Assembly (NCBI GenBank): GCA_010015585.1
Contig: ML975149.1
Origin: Eremomyces bilateralis CBS 781.70
Lineage: Eukaryota
Length of the DNA stretch: 64,000 nucleotides
Reading direction: 5' to 3' (one strand)
Shown piece by piece: positions 21,706 to 34,799 of the stretch. The position numbers and the translations under genes are program-made. Numbering within the stretch: the stretch's first letter is position 1; each line of letters opens with the position of its first letter. Below the pieces are notes generated by a model. The model ran no database searches. It saw only the letters and a program-made list of their open reading frames with translations, and had not been told where the DNA came from.

Positions 21706-22968
21706 TCACCCACTAGGTCTACCCGCCAAGTCCATATCCATGAAGGCGTTCGTGTCCCGCACCAGGACCATCTCCGCCGCCCGGTCTACAAAGTCCTGGT
21801 GCGCCCTCGCTAACACCGCCTGCGCCACCGTCTCCCCCACCACGCGATGCACCTCGTTCTTCCCGGACCACATGTGCTCGACAAAGACGCCGTCGCACCC
21901 GGAGTTCGACCCCAGCCATCCGTTCCCCTCGGTGCATGTGATCTCATGCAGGTCAGTGGGGCGGTCGTACGCGTAGCGGATGTACTCGCCGAAGGCGGCC
22001 TGCTCGGCGGGCCAGTTCTGGCGGAGGTTGTCGCAGCCGGGGAAGCGCTCATGGTCCTCCGGGCAGGAGGCCCAGGCGCGGAGGATCTCGTGGGTACGGG
22101 GGTTGTTCTGGGCGATGATAAAGCCGGCGTTGTTGTAGACGCGGCCCTTGGTGTCGAAGTTCTGGTCGGCGATGGGGTCGCGCGCCATGGTGAGAGAGGC
22201 GCCCGGGGGGACTTGCCAGCGGTTGAGGAGCCATTCGAAGGGGAGGTTGAGGTGGGTGAAAAGGGCGTCGGCGTCGATGCTGATGACCATGTCGTAGTTG
22301 TGAAGGTGGTCGGAGAGGGCGGGGATTTTGGTCCAGGGGGCGACGCGGTCGCTGAAGTTGGGGGTGCGGATGAGGTGGTAGTCGTAGCCGTGGATCGTGG
22401 CTGTCGAGGTTAGAAAATCGCAGGGGGAAGCGGACGACATGTGCGCATACCGTAAAGCCAATGATTCAACATTCCCGTGCTCGTGTATCCATGCTGTCCG
22501 TAGACAAACCGCTCCGGGTTGAGCGCTTGTTGCGACCTGTCCAGCGGCCTCGTGTCGATATCGACAATCGCCAATCGCCTGCCGAGTGGTTTGGTCCATT
22601 GTGGCGTGCCCTTAAGGACGTATGTCTGTCCCCGCACGGTGGTGAAGTCCGGTGCGTCGAGCGGGTACCGCATAGGTGCCATGAGTTCGCGCATCATCGC
22701 GGGAAAGAGGGCCTCACCCTCGATAGTTTGATGGGGTAAGAAATCCTGTGGTGCCGGGCTGTATTGATCTATCAATCCACGGCTCTGTCGCATTATTCGG
22801 ATCGGATACTCACGGATGGTATCGCAGGCCTTTCCCCTTGCTCCATGGGACCGAGTCGCGATCGATCATCACGACTGTGAGAAGAAAAAAGAACAGAATC
22901 CCAGCCGCGATGGCAGCGCGGGCCCAGGTGAAGTTCATCATCTGGAAACCAGGCATGGCGCGATACAT
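21706..22968 (-). CDS. Type II membrane glycosyltransferase, GT34 (Mnn10/Gma12)-like, 3 exons
   Basis: N-terminal TM AAIAAGILFFFLLTVVMI. NHWLY|ATIHGYDY, WTKIP, DxD motif IDADA, NAGFII, WPAEQ. Intron donors at 22813 and ~22451. Confidence 0.8.
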
Positions 22969-25322
22969 TATGTGGAAGGGCCGAGTGTTTGGAGGGTTCG
23001 CGGAGGTCTTGAGTCGGTGGCGATCCTGCTATCTAGACATGGAGGCAAACCCGGCTGATCGGAGCACAGGGGGCTCGGGAGGAAATGATAAATGATAAAA
23101 GATTTGAGACAGTGGACGAGCGGAGAAACGAAAAGGGGGGGGAAAGGAAAAGGGAGCGTTGGATTTCGACTTTCGAGTTAGGCTGCCACCGGCGATGATG
23201 ATCAGATTCGCTGACTGAGGGAGTGAGTGGAGAAGGGGGAATTATTATTGAGATATAATAAGCAGCGCAGCGAATCTACGATTGGGCATTCGAGTCGTAA
23301 TTATGAGCGGCGATTTTGACGGACGAGGTGACATGAACGATGAACGATGAACGACGTGGAGGAGAAATCACCAAATCTACCAATCCGCCAAATTATTCTT
23401 TCCTAGATCCCGCGATTCCGTTCTAGTATTCCGTACATCTTAGCAGTTTGGTTCGTACCAAACTCCCAATCACTCTCCGCACCCTTGCAAGGCTGCCGAC
23501 TCGCCTGCGTACGTAGTTCGCCGTTTAATTTTACATCAAAGAATCCTCCACTCGCCCAATCCGTTGGTCCTTCACATACGGAGTACATATATATGATATC
23601 TCCATCCTTCCAATCCTATCTTAGGACGTCATACTGGGACAAGGCTGGGCGGTATTCGCGGGTCATATACGCCCATTTGCTTCTCCAAGACCGCCCAAGG
23701 CCACCGTATCACTCCGCGGACGGCTAAACCGCTGTCTCGATGACTCCATTATTCCGAGTGATTGCCTCCGATGGAAGATTTGCAGCGGACATGGCCATTG
23801 GCTGCGTGGCTTCAGCTCCTCGCCAGGGCTCGCCTTTCCTCTTAGGATTCGCCGGAAACTAACCCAATTCCGTCGAGCTGGTGGCGCAGGGTAGGGGCGG
23901 GAAACTCAAAACTGGGAATCTGCCTGGAATAGGAGATAAGGGTCTCGATTTCGTTTCGTAATTCCCTCCCGAGTCCAGGCTTAACGGCCTTTCCACGGTG
24001 ATACAATCCTGCTATTAGCTGGTTAGAGAATCGTTTGTGAATTGCGATTGCTGTTGTTCAGTAGCGTCCGGAAATTAACATCAGGACGAAATCACGAAAC
24101 CCACCCCGGTAGAGGATCCTACAGGATGAAGAATCCTACAGAATAAAGGATCCGTGATCACCAGTCAATTCCAGCATCGATTGATTGAGACGTGAAACAT
24201 AGCCACATTCGATATAGAGATCAGCCCACGCGTCGTGCAAATCGTAACCTGATTCCTCATAGAGCCCCTTGGCATACGCTCTGCCCTCTGTGACTGGTCG
24301 TAGACTCGCATCCTTCCAAGTCGCATCATGCCGTCGGCTAGCTCAGGCTGACGCCTAGCGGGACAGGTTTCATCGTTGATACTCACAAGTCTTTGGGAAT
24401 TGGGATCAGTTTCGCAACATCGGATGAAAAGTTCAGGAAGATGATTAAAACATTATGAGATGTGAATTCGATGGATGGACGAGTTATGGTGCTAAGCCCT
24501 CGCGTGCAGCCTGCAAGCAATTGACCTCCCGTTTTTTTAATCAATTGTCTCGCCAAAGTTACTCGAAGGAGTCAGACGCTGACATGGATCGAACGAAAAG
24601 GGTTGCGATTGGTGGAAACTTTCCGGACGATATCTTGGATAGATGGGTGGTATGGTTTGGATAGTGATTGCTGATGCCCGAGAATATCGACGGAGTATGA
24701 TTGAAATTCACCGCCATGGAGGTTACGAAAGACAGACTAGGTGATCAGACATAGCCGTTAAGCCTGCGACTCTGCCGACATAAAGGCTAGAAACTTGGTG
24801 GGCGTGGTCGGAGTGATGTAGGACCGTCCTGGATCCTTCAAGGGGACCTTTAGAACTTTAAGTGATAGAAGTTCTACAAGCAATTTATGGCAGGAAGAAG
24901 GTGGGCTAGAATTATATACGGTATACCTACTCCATAACCTGGAGTACTTAGGTAATACATACTGTACCGCCCTCCCCCGAACTCCTCGACCCACCTTCAT
25001 ACCTATTCCCACTCTTATCGCCCCCTCCCGCCTCCCGGCAGCGTCTCATAAGGTGCGGAGTCGCATACATGACCGGTACCGAAGTAGCCGCAGCCTGCGG
25101 GAAGGGATGGAGATTGTCGTAGGCGGAGTGCCCGGAGTTGGCGGCGGAGGGCTGGAAGACAGTATGCTGAGACGCGAGAACGAGATGCGCGATGATGGAG
25201 AATACGATGGCGAGGAGATAGCGAGGGGATAGCACGAAGGGAGAAAATCCGGCACGTGGAAACTGAAAATTGACTCGGTGTATTTGTGACCGACGTTCGA
25301 TCAACGTCGAGAAAGCCTACTC

Positions 25323-28322
25323 TCACAACAAACTCATCTTCACCTTCCTCTTCCCCGTCGACGCCTCCTTCTCATCCCAAATCCTCACCCTCACCATCTC
25401 AAACAGCGCAATCGTCGCGCTCCGCGACCCGCTGATCGTCAGCACGTATTCGTCCGCATCGTACGTGCCATGCGGCTCGGGCGTCGCCAGGTCGCGCAGA
25501 CGAATCAGACTCTCGACGCCGAACCGCGGAACGAACACGATGAACCCGTTCGAGAACACGCGCATGACGAACCCGTCCTCTTCGATGTCGCGGCCCTTCA
25601 GCGCCTGGCCGACGTAGTACTCGACGCTGGCGCGGCCGGCGTGCTGCGCGTTGCGGTGGCGCACGTTGATGTTCTTGCAGACGGCGTCGAGCTTGGTGCG
25701 GCTGTGGAGGCTGGCGTCGAGGGTCTCGTAGTCGATGGCGGCGGCGAGTTGGCGGTGGACTTCGAGGTCGGCGTACCGCCGGATGGGGCTAGTGAAGTGC
25801 GTGTAGATCTCGCTGGCGAGGCCGTAGTGCTTGAACTCGGGGTAGGTGTACTCGCCGGAGCAGAAGTATTCGGCTGACATCATGCACCGGGTGGCGAGGA
25901 TTCGAACTAGGGTGTTGAAGAAGGGCTGCTTCGGATCCACGCACGTGTCGAGGGAATCGGCGACGGCTTTCGAGCTGTCCGTCCGCAGCTCCATTCCTTT
26001 GCGAACCTTGAGCTGGTTCTGAAGTTCCTCGAAGTTGGACCGCGGGGGTGCCGCGTGTCTTCTCAGGAGGGCGATCTGTGGATAGACTTCGTAAACCTTC
26101 CTTGCTACACTGATGTTCGCGAGAAGCATGAATTCTTCAACCAACGAGTTAGTGTCCAGTAGCTGCTTCTGCTGCACATCCACCGGATCTGACGTCTCCG
26201 ACTCGGTTTGGACTTTGACTTCGGGACTGGCGAGGTTCAGCGCTCCATTGTCCATGCGCTGCTGCTTCAGCTTCTTCGAGAGCATCAACAGCGACCGCAT
26301 GCCTTGCGTGAGCTCATCCTGCTGACCCTCATCGTCGATCCGAAGTTGCGCTCGCTCGTAGCTGAATGCCTCTCGCGATCGAATGACGGACTTGGTGAAA
26401 TTGGTACCCACAATCTGCGCATCCGGCGTCAATTCCCAGACGACCGAAAATGCAAATCGCTCGACGTATGGCTTCAGGGAGCACAAGTCTGTCCCCAACA
26501 GCATCGGAAGCATATCGATGCGCTTGTCCACAAGGTATACCGTCGTTCCACGCATGGAGGCTTCTTTGTCCATGGCATTGTTTGGGCGCACAAAGTTCGA
26601 GACATCAGCGATGTGGACGCCGACTTCGAAGTTGCCGTTGGGTAGCGGTTTGGCATGCAGAGCATCATCGATATCTTGGCAACTCGGGGGATCGATACTG
26701 CAAACGAGCAGATCTCGTAGATCCTTTCGCCCTCTCCATCCCGGATCCTCCTTGCTGGTGGGCACTTTCCAATCATGACCTTCTTGCGGCAGACAGTCGA
26801 GAACGGTCTTTGGGAAAGGCCTGTACTGCACATCATATTCGAGCAGTAGCGCTTCCGTTTCTGCCTCCTTTGACTCCACCTCTCCCAAGGACCGCACAAA
26901 GTGGCCCACGGGATACCTTGAATCACGCTCCCAGCTATCAATGGTGACAAGTAGCCGCTTGCCAACCAGCTCTCCTGCCTGTCGTGTTCGAATGCGAATC
27001 TTGGGGATCCGCTTGTCCATTGGTATGAGGAACACCATCTGCTGCGCCCGGTTCTGCTTTTCGGCCACTCGGATCGAACTACCATCAACATGACCGACAT
27101 ATTGCCTCCAGTTTCTCTTGATGACACCAACAACTCGTGCGGTGGGTTGGGGTTTCCCTTCCAGTGTACTGCCATGCACCCTCTTAACCTCGTCATTGAG
27201 GAGTCGCCGTTCACGTTCACTGAATACGGTCTCGCCCTCGGCTTCCGCGTCGTCATCTTTCGCCAGTGTTTCCTCGTCGATGGCCTGGGACGACGGAGTT
27301 TTCCATTGGGCTTTGGGTAAGACTTCCACCACGACGGTGTCTCCACTGACGGCTCGATTCGAGTTCTCTCGACCGAGAATGAGCAGTGCTCGCTCAAATG
27401 CAGGCACGTGCACACTTCCCTCCAAGGCGTTGTAGTTCGATACGTTGAATATGCCCTGGTGCAAGGTACCGGCTTTGATGCCCGTGAGCATCTTTGACAT
27501 GGTGTAATGTTCCGGGTATACTGCTTTTGGTCCTCCTGTTCTGGTTTTATCACTCTCTGAGACCATATCCAGGAGAGTCGTGGCGTCTGGTAGAGTGGAT
27601 ATGTATTCCTTCAGGGGCACAGCGTCCAACCCTTCTGACTTCGCTTTTTTAACGTTCTCTTTGTCGTCGCTAAGCATGACAATAGTGGGAAGTTTCGCCT
27701 TTTTCTTTGAACCCTTAATTTCCTGTTGCAGATGCGCCTGATACCAAGCCACGACCTTACGGACAGCTCGATCATTGCGGTCATTGATGCTTTCGCCAGT
27801 TCCTCGTTCAACGTGAGTTTCCTTTCGGAACTCGTTGAAGAAAACATAGAATCGCTTGTCGTCGTTACGAGTCAAACTGACGAGTCGATTATAGAGAGGC
27901 AGAGACCTGTTCTTGACCTCTTCAAGGACTGTTTGGAGAACGACGACATCTTTGAAGGCACTCTCGACCTCGAAGACGTCCATGGCGCTGAGGAATGCAT
28001 TGGTGTCAGGGACAAGATAATGGCCATTTGTATATGCCCCTGTGCGCGCTGGCTGATCCGATAGCTTGGGCTTTGGAGCTGTGAAGAATTAGATATAACC
28101 AAAACCGCTGTTTGGTAGGATCGAACCTTGTTTGTTGTACCCCTCTAGGCTATTCAGAAGGCATGTTGAGCACAGTCTTGAGGAGCAAGGAATATCATCT
28201 CGGAGATAGACTTCCCTCACAATCTTTTGGACCTTGCCGGATTTAGTTGATCTGACATAAACTCGGCTTGATAGCGCCAGTGAGGACGGATCGGCCGTCC
28301 TTGGTCGCTTGAGGCTTGTCAT
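25323..28322 (-). CDS. DIS3: Exosome catalytic subunit Dis3/Rrp44 (PIN, CSD, RNB, S1)
   Basis: KIVREVYLRDDIPC, NDRNDRAVR, SIDPPSCQDIDDALH, YTHFTSPIRRYAD; one intron at ~28070-28125. Confidence 0.98.
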
Positions 28323-29130
28323 GGTTGACTACGGTACGATCCGATATACGACTCCCTGAGTCAACGCAAGCAGTTCTGATATTGAAATCGGCAAGGGCGT
28401 TGATATGAGATTTCAGGAAATCTCTACAGGCATGAAAGGATAGTTCCTTCGCTACACCAAGTATCCCTCTGTAGTGGCAGGGATAATTGGTTGAAATATC
28501 TGCGCTTGAGGCAAGAAGAGGTTGAGAACAGTGCTTGCTTGCGGAAAAGATGATATCAAGTTAGAACCGAACATCCATTTCCTCCAAGTCTCTTGTTTCT
28601 AACCCTTTAACTCCGCCAGATGCCAAACACGGAATACACCAATCACCATGCGGATCCGGGCTCATCGAAGGTTATTTTGTGGACGTGGAGACGAGGATGA
28701 TGAAGGAGAAAGCAGCCGAAGCAAAGATTCTGATGGAGAAATACCAGCAGCTCATGCACCAGGTCTCTCAGGCTTGTTGTCGGAGCAGTTGTCTGCGCCA
28801 CAAATGCCACAAGTCACGGGGTTAGCCACACTCAGTCCCCACCCTGTGGCTTCATCTGTGGCTTCAACCTGGTCAACGCCACCTAAAGCTTCCCAATCAG
28901 CTGCATCCAAGCAGGAGCCTGAGCTCCCATTACACAACTCTCCCGCCTTGGGTTTAATAACGCTTGACGGTCCCCCCAGAGACGTACAAGCAGACATTGC
29001 AAACGTTTCAATCTCATCGGATTCATCCTCCGACAAGGAACCTTCCGTCCGTCCTCCATCTCCTGAACCCCCATCCAAGGACGCCATCGGTCTGCCATCT
29101 CCTCCTGATCCTACCAACTATCCTCGAATC

Positions 29131-30641
29131 ATGGCCGATCCGGCCGCATATATCCTTTCACTGCAGAACAACATTCGGCAGCGGCCCATCTCGTGGGAGG
29201 GTGCTGTGAGAGCAAAGACCATCTCTGATGCCGACCTCAAAGCGATCAAGTCCATCGACAAGGTGCGAACCGAGCAGAGGAAGGAGACCATCGAGTCGGA
29301 TTCAAAGACATATTGCTCGTTATTACTAGGCGGGGGTGGCCAGAGGAGTATATTTGAGTCGGCAGCAAAGAGACAGGATATTATTCAATATATGCTAGTA
29401 CTGGCCGGAGATGTGCTTGAAGGTATGGATAGGAGCTGCGATGCTATCTTCCAATGGCAATTGACATATGATAGATGTACCGGAATTCGCAGAGACCCTG
29501 ATAAAGCATCCCGATCCATACGCACACTTGTTACCCTTTTTGAAGCAACCAAGCAATCTGGAAGAGCCCATAGCATTGCTAGCTTCGACTCTTATAACAA
29601 GACTCCTATCTCCTGCGATTGACACCAAAGGAGCACCGAAAGTCAGCGAAACTCTCCCCGTCGTGTACAAGTATCTTTCATCGCTGTCGAAAACCTCCGA
29701 TGCAGGGCTGCAAGACATTGCAGTGCAGCACTACACAAACTTGTTGAAGAACACTGCGTCGCGGAAGATCTTCTGGGATCTACGCTCCGAGACTGTCGCT
29801 CCGCTGTTCGAGATATTGAAAACTGCTGGTGGCGCTGCTTCCAAGGATAGCTCGTCGATTCTATCCACTCCGACAGCAGCAAGCGTCGGAGGGGTCAGCT
29901 TGCAGCTTTTGTATCATGTTCTGTTTGTCATCTGGAAACTGAGCTTCGATGGCGAGACTCTTGGCGACGGACTCGACGAGTAAGTCTTTTGTTGTTTCCA
30001 ATGTCAACGTGCTAACTGGCCTCAGCGAGTACGACCTAATACCCCTCTACGTCTCCCTCGTCCGCATCTCCCCCAAAGAAAAAACCACGCGCCTCCTCCT
30101 CGCCACCCTCGTCAACCTCCTCAACTCCAACCCCGCCTCCCTCCTCCCCGCCGCCGCCCTCGCCCACCTCCACCCCGCCGTCAAGTCTGTCCAGTCCCGC
30201 CACCTCACTGACCCCGAACTCCTCGACGACCTTGCCACCCTCCTCACCCTCCTCGAAGACCACGCCAAGTCGCAGACCACCTTCGACCTGTACGCCGCCG
30301 AGGTGCGCGGCGGTCACCTCCGCTGGTCCCCGCCCCACCGCTCCGCCATGTTCTGGGCCGAGAACGCCCGCCGAGTGCTCGAGGAGAACCGCGGCGAGCT
30401 GCCACAGCAGCTCGCGGAGATCTTGGGACGCGACTGGGAGGGCGACACGCAGGTGCTGGCGATCGGGTGCAACGACGTCGCGTGCTTGGTGAAGGAGGTG
30501 CCCGAGGCGCGGTCGAAGTTGGAGCGATGGGGGTTGAAGGGGCGGGTGATGGCGCTGATGGAGCATCGGGACGGACTGGTCCGGAGTGAGAGTTTGAGGG
30601 CGCTGGGAGAGTGGTTTAGGTATACGGGGACGCTCAACTAG
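29131..30641 (+). CDS. VMA13: V-ATPase V1 subunit H; an upstream in-frame ATG lies at 28648
   Basis: SLQNNIRQRPISWEGAVRA, LQLLYHVL, KEKTTRLL, HLRWSPPH..FWAENA, LAIGCNDV; introns near 29423-29474 and 29980-30025. Confidence 0.95.
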
Positions 30642-30921
30642 ATTTGGGTGGCCGAGCGTCTTTGGATATTGGCGGTGGCGACGGTATTCACGCACAACTG
30701 CATGTTGAATCGGTTTGCGTATCCTTCCTGTTGGCTAATGAGCTAGTGGAAGGTCCGCTGCTCAAATTCTTGTAGTCTGATATGTACCCTTCTCTAGAAC
30801 TACCCATTCTTTCTGGTATAGAATCTCATGTTCTGAGAGTAGGCTCCTGAACCTCTAACGCCAATCCCATTGACAAACCCGCTCAGGGCTTCGATGAGAT
30901 ACCGAAGTTATCCAAGTTCCA

Positions 30922-32386
30922 CTACGCCTTGCTTCTTCGAGACGACCTCCTGGGAGATTCGGTTACAATAGTTTCCTTCTTCGGTGTTGACTTGGTATTC
31001 GTTTTCGATACTTTGCTAGGCCTATTGCGCTTCGTCAGCGTGCTTAAGACAAAAACATACAAATGATCAACGGACCTCTTGGATTTAGCCTTTGAATTTT
31101 CCACCTCGTCAGCATCTTCGCTATCTTCGCTATCCTCAACATCTTCGGTCTTTCGTCGTTTTCTAGAGTGGTACGGCTTAGCTCAGTCACGCTCTACTTT
31201 TAAGTTGAATCGGCAACATACTTCGATTCCGATGAGCCGGTGCCATTGACGGCTTTCGCCTCTCCATTAGCCGACACATCCGCAGCGACTGGACCGGTCT
31301 TCTTCTGTACGCTCGGAACAATGGCCGATGTACGGCCACCGACGGTGAGGAACGTGATCTTCTCGCCGTTTGGTAGGACATTTTGACCCTTCTTGCCCTT
31401 CGACCAGCGATGCAGCATGAGCCCTTCTTGAGTGTTAGCACTATTCGTGTATATAGGAATGATACGCACAGCCTTTGGGAAACTTGTCCTGATCTGCCAA
31501 GGTCTCGCAGGCGATCGAGCAGACGGAAATGAGGCTGTCATGGAGGGTTTTGATCTGCGAGTTTGAAAAGGTGTTGCAGTACTGTTCAGGGTGAGTCTTC
31601 GCTTGGTATAAGACCTCGTCGCTATCAACGTCAGAATCGCAAGAACGCCCATCGAAGGACGAAAAACATACGCCACCCAGTTTCCAACCCCGCTAATGTT
31701 CGCCTGGTTCAGCAGGAACGCTTTGATCGGGACCTTTTTCTTCTTCAACTTCTCGGAAAACCATCCAACCGTAACGATCTCCTTGTCAACGACAGGATCC
31801 GGACCGTTCTCCTTCAGCGGCGTGGTCTGCCGCAACTTGTCCGCTGGAGCATCCACCAATCGAATCCTCCCCAATCTTCGAGCATCTGTGAACGCCACCT
31901 CCGTCTTCTCCTTGTCGTCCAATTGCAAGATGAACTTCCAAAACCGCGGCGGCCACTGTTCACCTTCTTTCTTGGGCTTGTAGGAGCCTGTCGGGACGGT
32001 CGACAGGTCGATCCATCCGGTCATTCCGAGATGCATGACCGGGTGAGGGGGGGATGCCATCGTCATCCAAAAGTACTTCCCCTGCTGGCCGGCATCGAGG
32101 ATCTTCTTGCCTTTCATAGCCTGCTCGAAAGCTGCGGCGGACGTGCCGGCTTTGCCGTATACGATAGTATCATCTTGCGTCTTCACGGACGAGATAACTT
32201 TGCCAGCGACATGCTTTTTGAGGTAGTGAACAAGTCGAGCAACTTCTCCAATCTTGAGGGACGTTAGAAAGTGGTAAAGGCATGTAACAGCAATGACAAT
32301 GGTTGTAATAGTATGTATCAGGCATATTGAGAAGGACTTCGAACGGGCACTAGGATTAATAAACAATTTGTACTCACCTCAGGCAT
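30922..32386 (-). CDS. Formamidopyrimidine-DNA glycosylase (Fpg/MutM/Nei family) with a basic C-terminal tail
   Basis: A 9-nt exon ATGCCTGAG spliced over intron 32377-32253 gives MPEIGEV. Also GKYFW, HLGMTG, FTDARRLGRI, H2TH ISGVGNWV and TVGGRTS. Confidence 0.93.
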
Positions 32387-32751
32387 TGTGACAGTCCTTG
32401 GGTCTCGCTATATTGGTTGTACAAAACGCACAGCAGGCTAAAATCTTTCAAAAGAGCAGAACCAAACTAATTCCAAAGGCTGTCTTTGAAATATTGATCG
32501 GTTGTGAAATTGTTTGAAGCAACTCGACACGGAGAGGTCAGTTGTCGCGCGCCCTTCGTCATCCGTCGCGTTCAGTTTGACGCGCTGTCACGTGCTCCCT
32601 TAGATGATTTCAACGTCCAACATTTGCCATCATACCAGACAATAGCCATCTAGATATTCAAACCATCGACCTCACCATTTACGTTCTAGCCAGTCCTACG
32701 CTAATATTTCCATTTGACTGCCGATTGCGCTGAAACTCATTGACCGCAGAA

Positions 32752-33513
32752 ATGGATCATCAGGTACGTTACCTTCAGTTTTGTGGGCGAACCGCTGTAT
32801 TGACAGTACTTCAGAATCGAGCAGGCTCCAAATTCGGCGGCGGAGGTGTCGCATCTCAGTCCTCGACCAATGCCGACCGTCGCGAGCGTCTCCGCAAACT
32901 CGCGCTCGAAAACATCGATCTAGAGAAAGACCCATACATCTTCAAGAACCATGTGGGCATGTTCGAGTGTCGACTCTGTCTGACAGTCCACCAAAACGAC
33001 GGCTCCTACCTCGCCCACACGCAAGGACGCAAGCATCAAACAAATCTAGCTCGGAGAGCAGCGCGTGAGCTAAAGGAGGGGAAGGATAAAGAGGGCGCGC
33101 TGCCGGGGATGGCGCAGATCCAAGTGCGGCGGAACCTTGTGAAGATCGGGCGGCCGGGCTACAAGATCACGAAGATCCGCGATCCGTTGACAAGGCAGAA
33201 CGGGCTATTGTTTCAATTGCAGTTTCCAGAGATCACACCAGGGATCAAACCCCGAGTACGGTTTATGAGCGCATTCGAGCAGAAAGTCGACGACCCCGAT
33301 AAGTCGTATCAGTATTTGCTGGTGGCCGCGGAACCCTATGAGACGTGTGCCTTCAAGCTTCAGGCGCGCGAAGTGGATCGAAGAGAGGGCAAATTTTTCG
33401 AGTGGTTTGATGAGGATAGCAAGGAATTCTGGGTTCAGGTGTTGTTCAAGACGGAGCGCGAGGAGCGTTACAGCGGTGTTCCAGGTTTGGCACCTTCCAT
33501 GGGCAAACGATGA
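32752..33513 (+). CDS. SF3A2: Splicing factor 3A subunit 2 (SF3A2/Prp11/SAP62)
   Basis: MDHQ|NRAGSKFGGGG, zinc finger ECRLCLTVHQNDGSYLAHTQGRKH, KIGRPGYK, RFMSAFEQ; intron 32764-32814. Confidence 0.97.
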   Translation: MDHQVRYLQFCGRTAVLTVLQNRAGSKFGGGGVASQSSTNADRRERLRKLALENIDLEKDPYIFKNHVGMFECRLCLTVHQNDGSYLAHTQGRKHQTNLARRAARELKEGKDKEGALPGMAQIQVRRNLVKIGRPGYKITKIRDPLTRQNGLLFQLQFPEITPGIKPRVRFMSAFEQKVDDPDKSYQYLLVAAEPYETCAFKLQAREVDRREGKFFEWFDEDSKEFWVQVLFKTEREERYSGVPGLAPSMGKR

Positions 33514-34799
33514 AACCCTACCTAATAGTCTCTCTACGACTATTGGATTTGGGAACTATAAGAACACTCCCGATCGGCTGGGGTCCATTACGATGTTATG
33601 CAGAGGCTCCATACTGCCTCTCGATATGATATCCACCTGGGTTGTCTCTCCACGCGGTAAACGGCGGGAGTCTGGTGAATAATGGGGGAATCGAATAGAT
33701 ATGAGGCTAGATGGGCATCGAGCTGCACGACGGCAATCCGAATGTCCTATGAGATATAGCCCGTTGGCTTCGGGATGACAAAGAAGGGGTGTAATGACAG
33801 ATTGTATGAGAGTCAAGGAGAGACTTTCTAGTCAATACCAGGATCCAGCTACCTTTCTCTCCACAATGCATTCTACAGCGGAATTTGATTAATATTTACT
33901 TTGCTTTGCTTGTTCAAGAATTAGATTATCCCATGCAAAAATACTTTTGACGCCTAGAGCACCTTCTAGATGTTAAAGTACCGGTATGCGACTCCGTAGC
34001 GCCCTCCTCCTAGTACGAACCTGCTAAGCCCTGAGCCTTACAGTAGAAAAGAGCATTGAAGGTTTGCTAGCGCATTTGATGTAGCTGTTCTCCGTCATGC
34101 TGCGTTAGGGTCAATCTCACGAAACAAGGACGATCCGTTTAGGATTGGGTTACAAAGGGAGGGTTTTGAGACACTATAGTCCCTTGATTCCTGAATCTCG
34201 AGGAGCTAGAATTAGGATCTTTTAGCACTTGGCTGTTCATATGACGGGATGGTCACAGGACACTCGAGTGGAGGATAGATGGCTGGTTTTGCAAAGCATC
34301 GCACGACTTCTATCAATCACGATGGTTGCATATTAAAACGTCGGCAAAATAGGGGTATAGCAGAGGCTCTCCCGATAGAGACCGAACCACCCAAGCAATA
34401 CGCATCAATTTTAAACCTCCTTTCGAGCGTGTAGGGAATCCCTCATGCTTCTTCAGTGACGGGTGTATTCCATGGGGTAGTATCTGATATTCGCAATGGA
34501 ATCAAGTACAAATACTCCCTTGATAGGCGCTTAGAGACAAGACTCATTTCCTGTAGAGCATCAGGCCTGTGAGGAAGATTTCTGCCGTCTCATTCTCATT
34601 CATGTGCAGTTCCTCGGAAAATTGACACACCGCCAGACTCGCGTCACTACTCTTGCGCTGGCTAAGTCCTGTTGAGTGGAGATGGCAATCAAAGTCGGCA
34701 TTTCAAGGCCATTCTAACAATAGAATGGCGTCAATATTCCGGAATTCGCCTAAATTATCAATATATAATGTCAGTGCTGTGTGCGAATCAAGAGAGCAA

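Noticed and set aside
23875..23985. tRNA-like start GAGCTGGTGGCGCAGGGTAG
   Set aside because: No pairing anticodon stem, T-loop or matching acceptor 3' strand.
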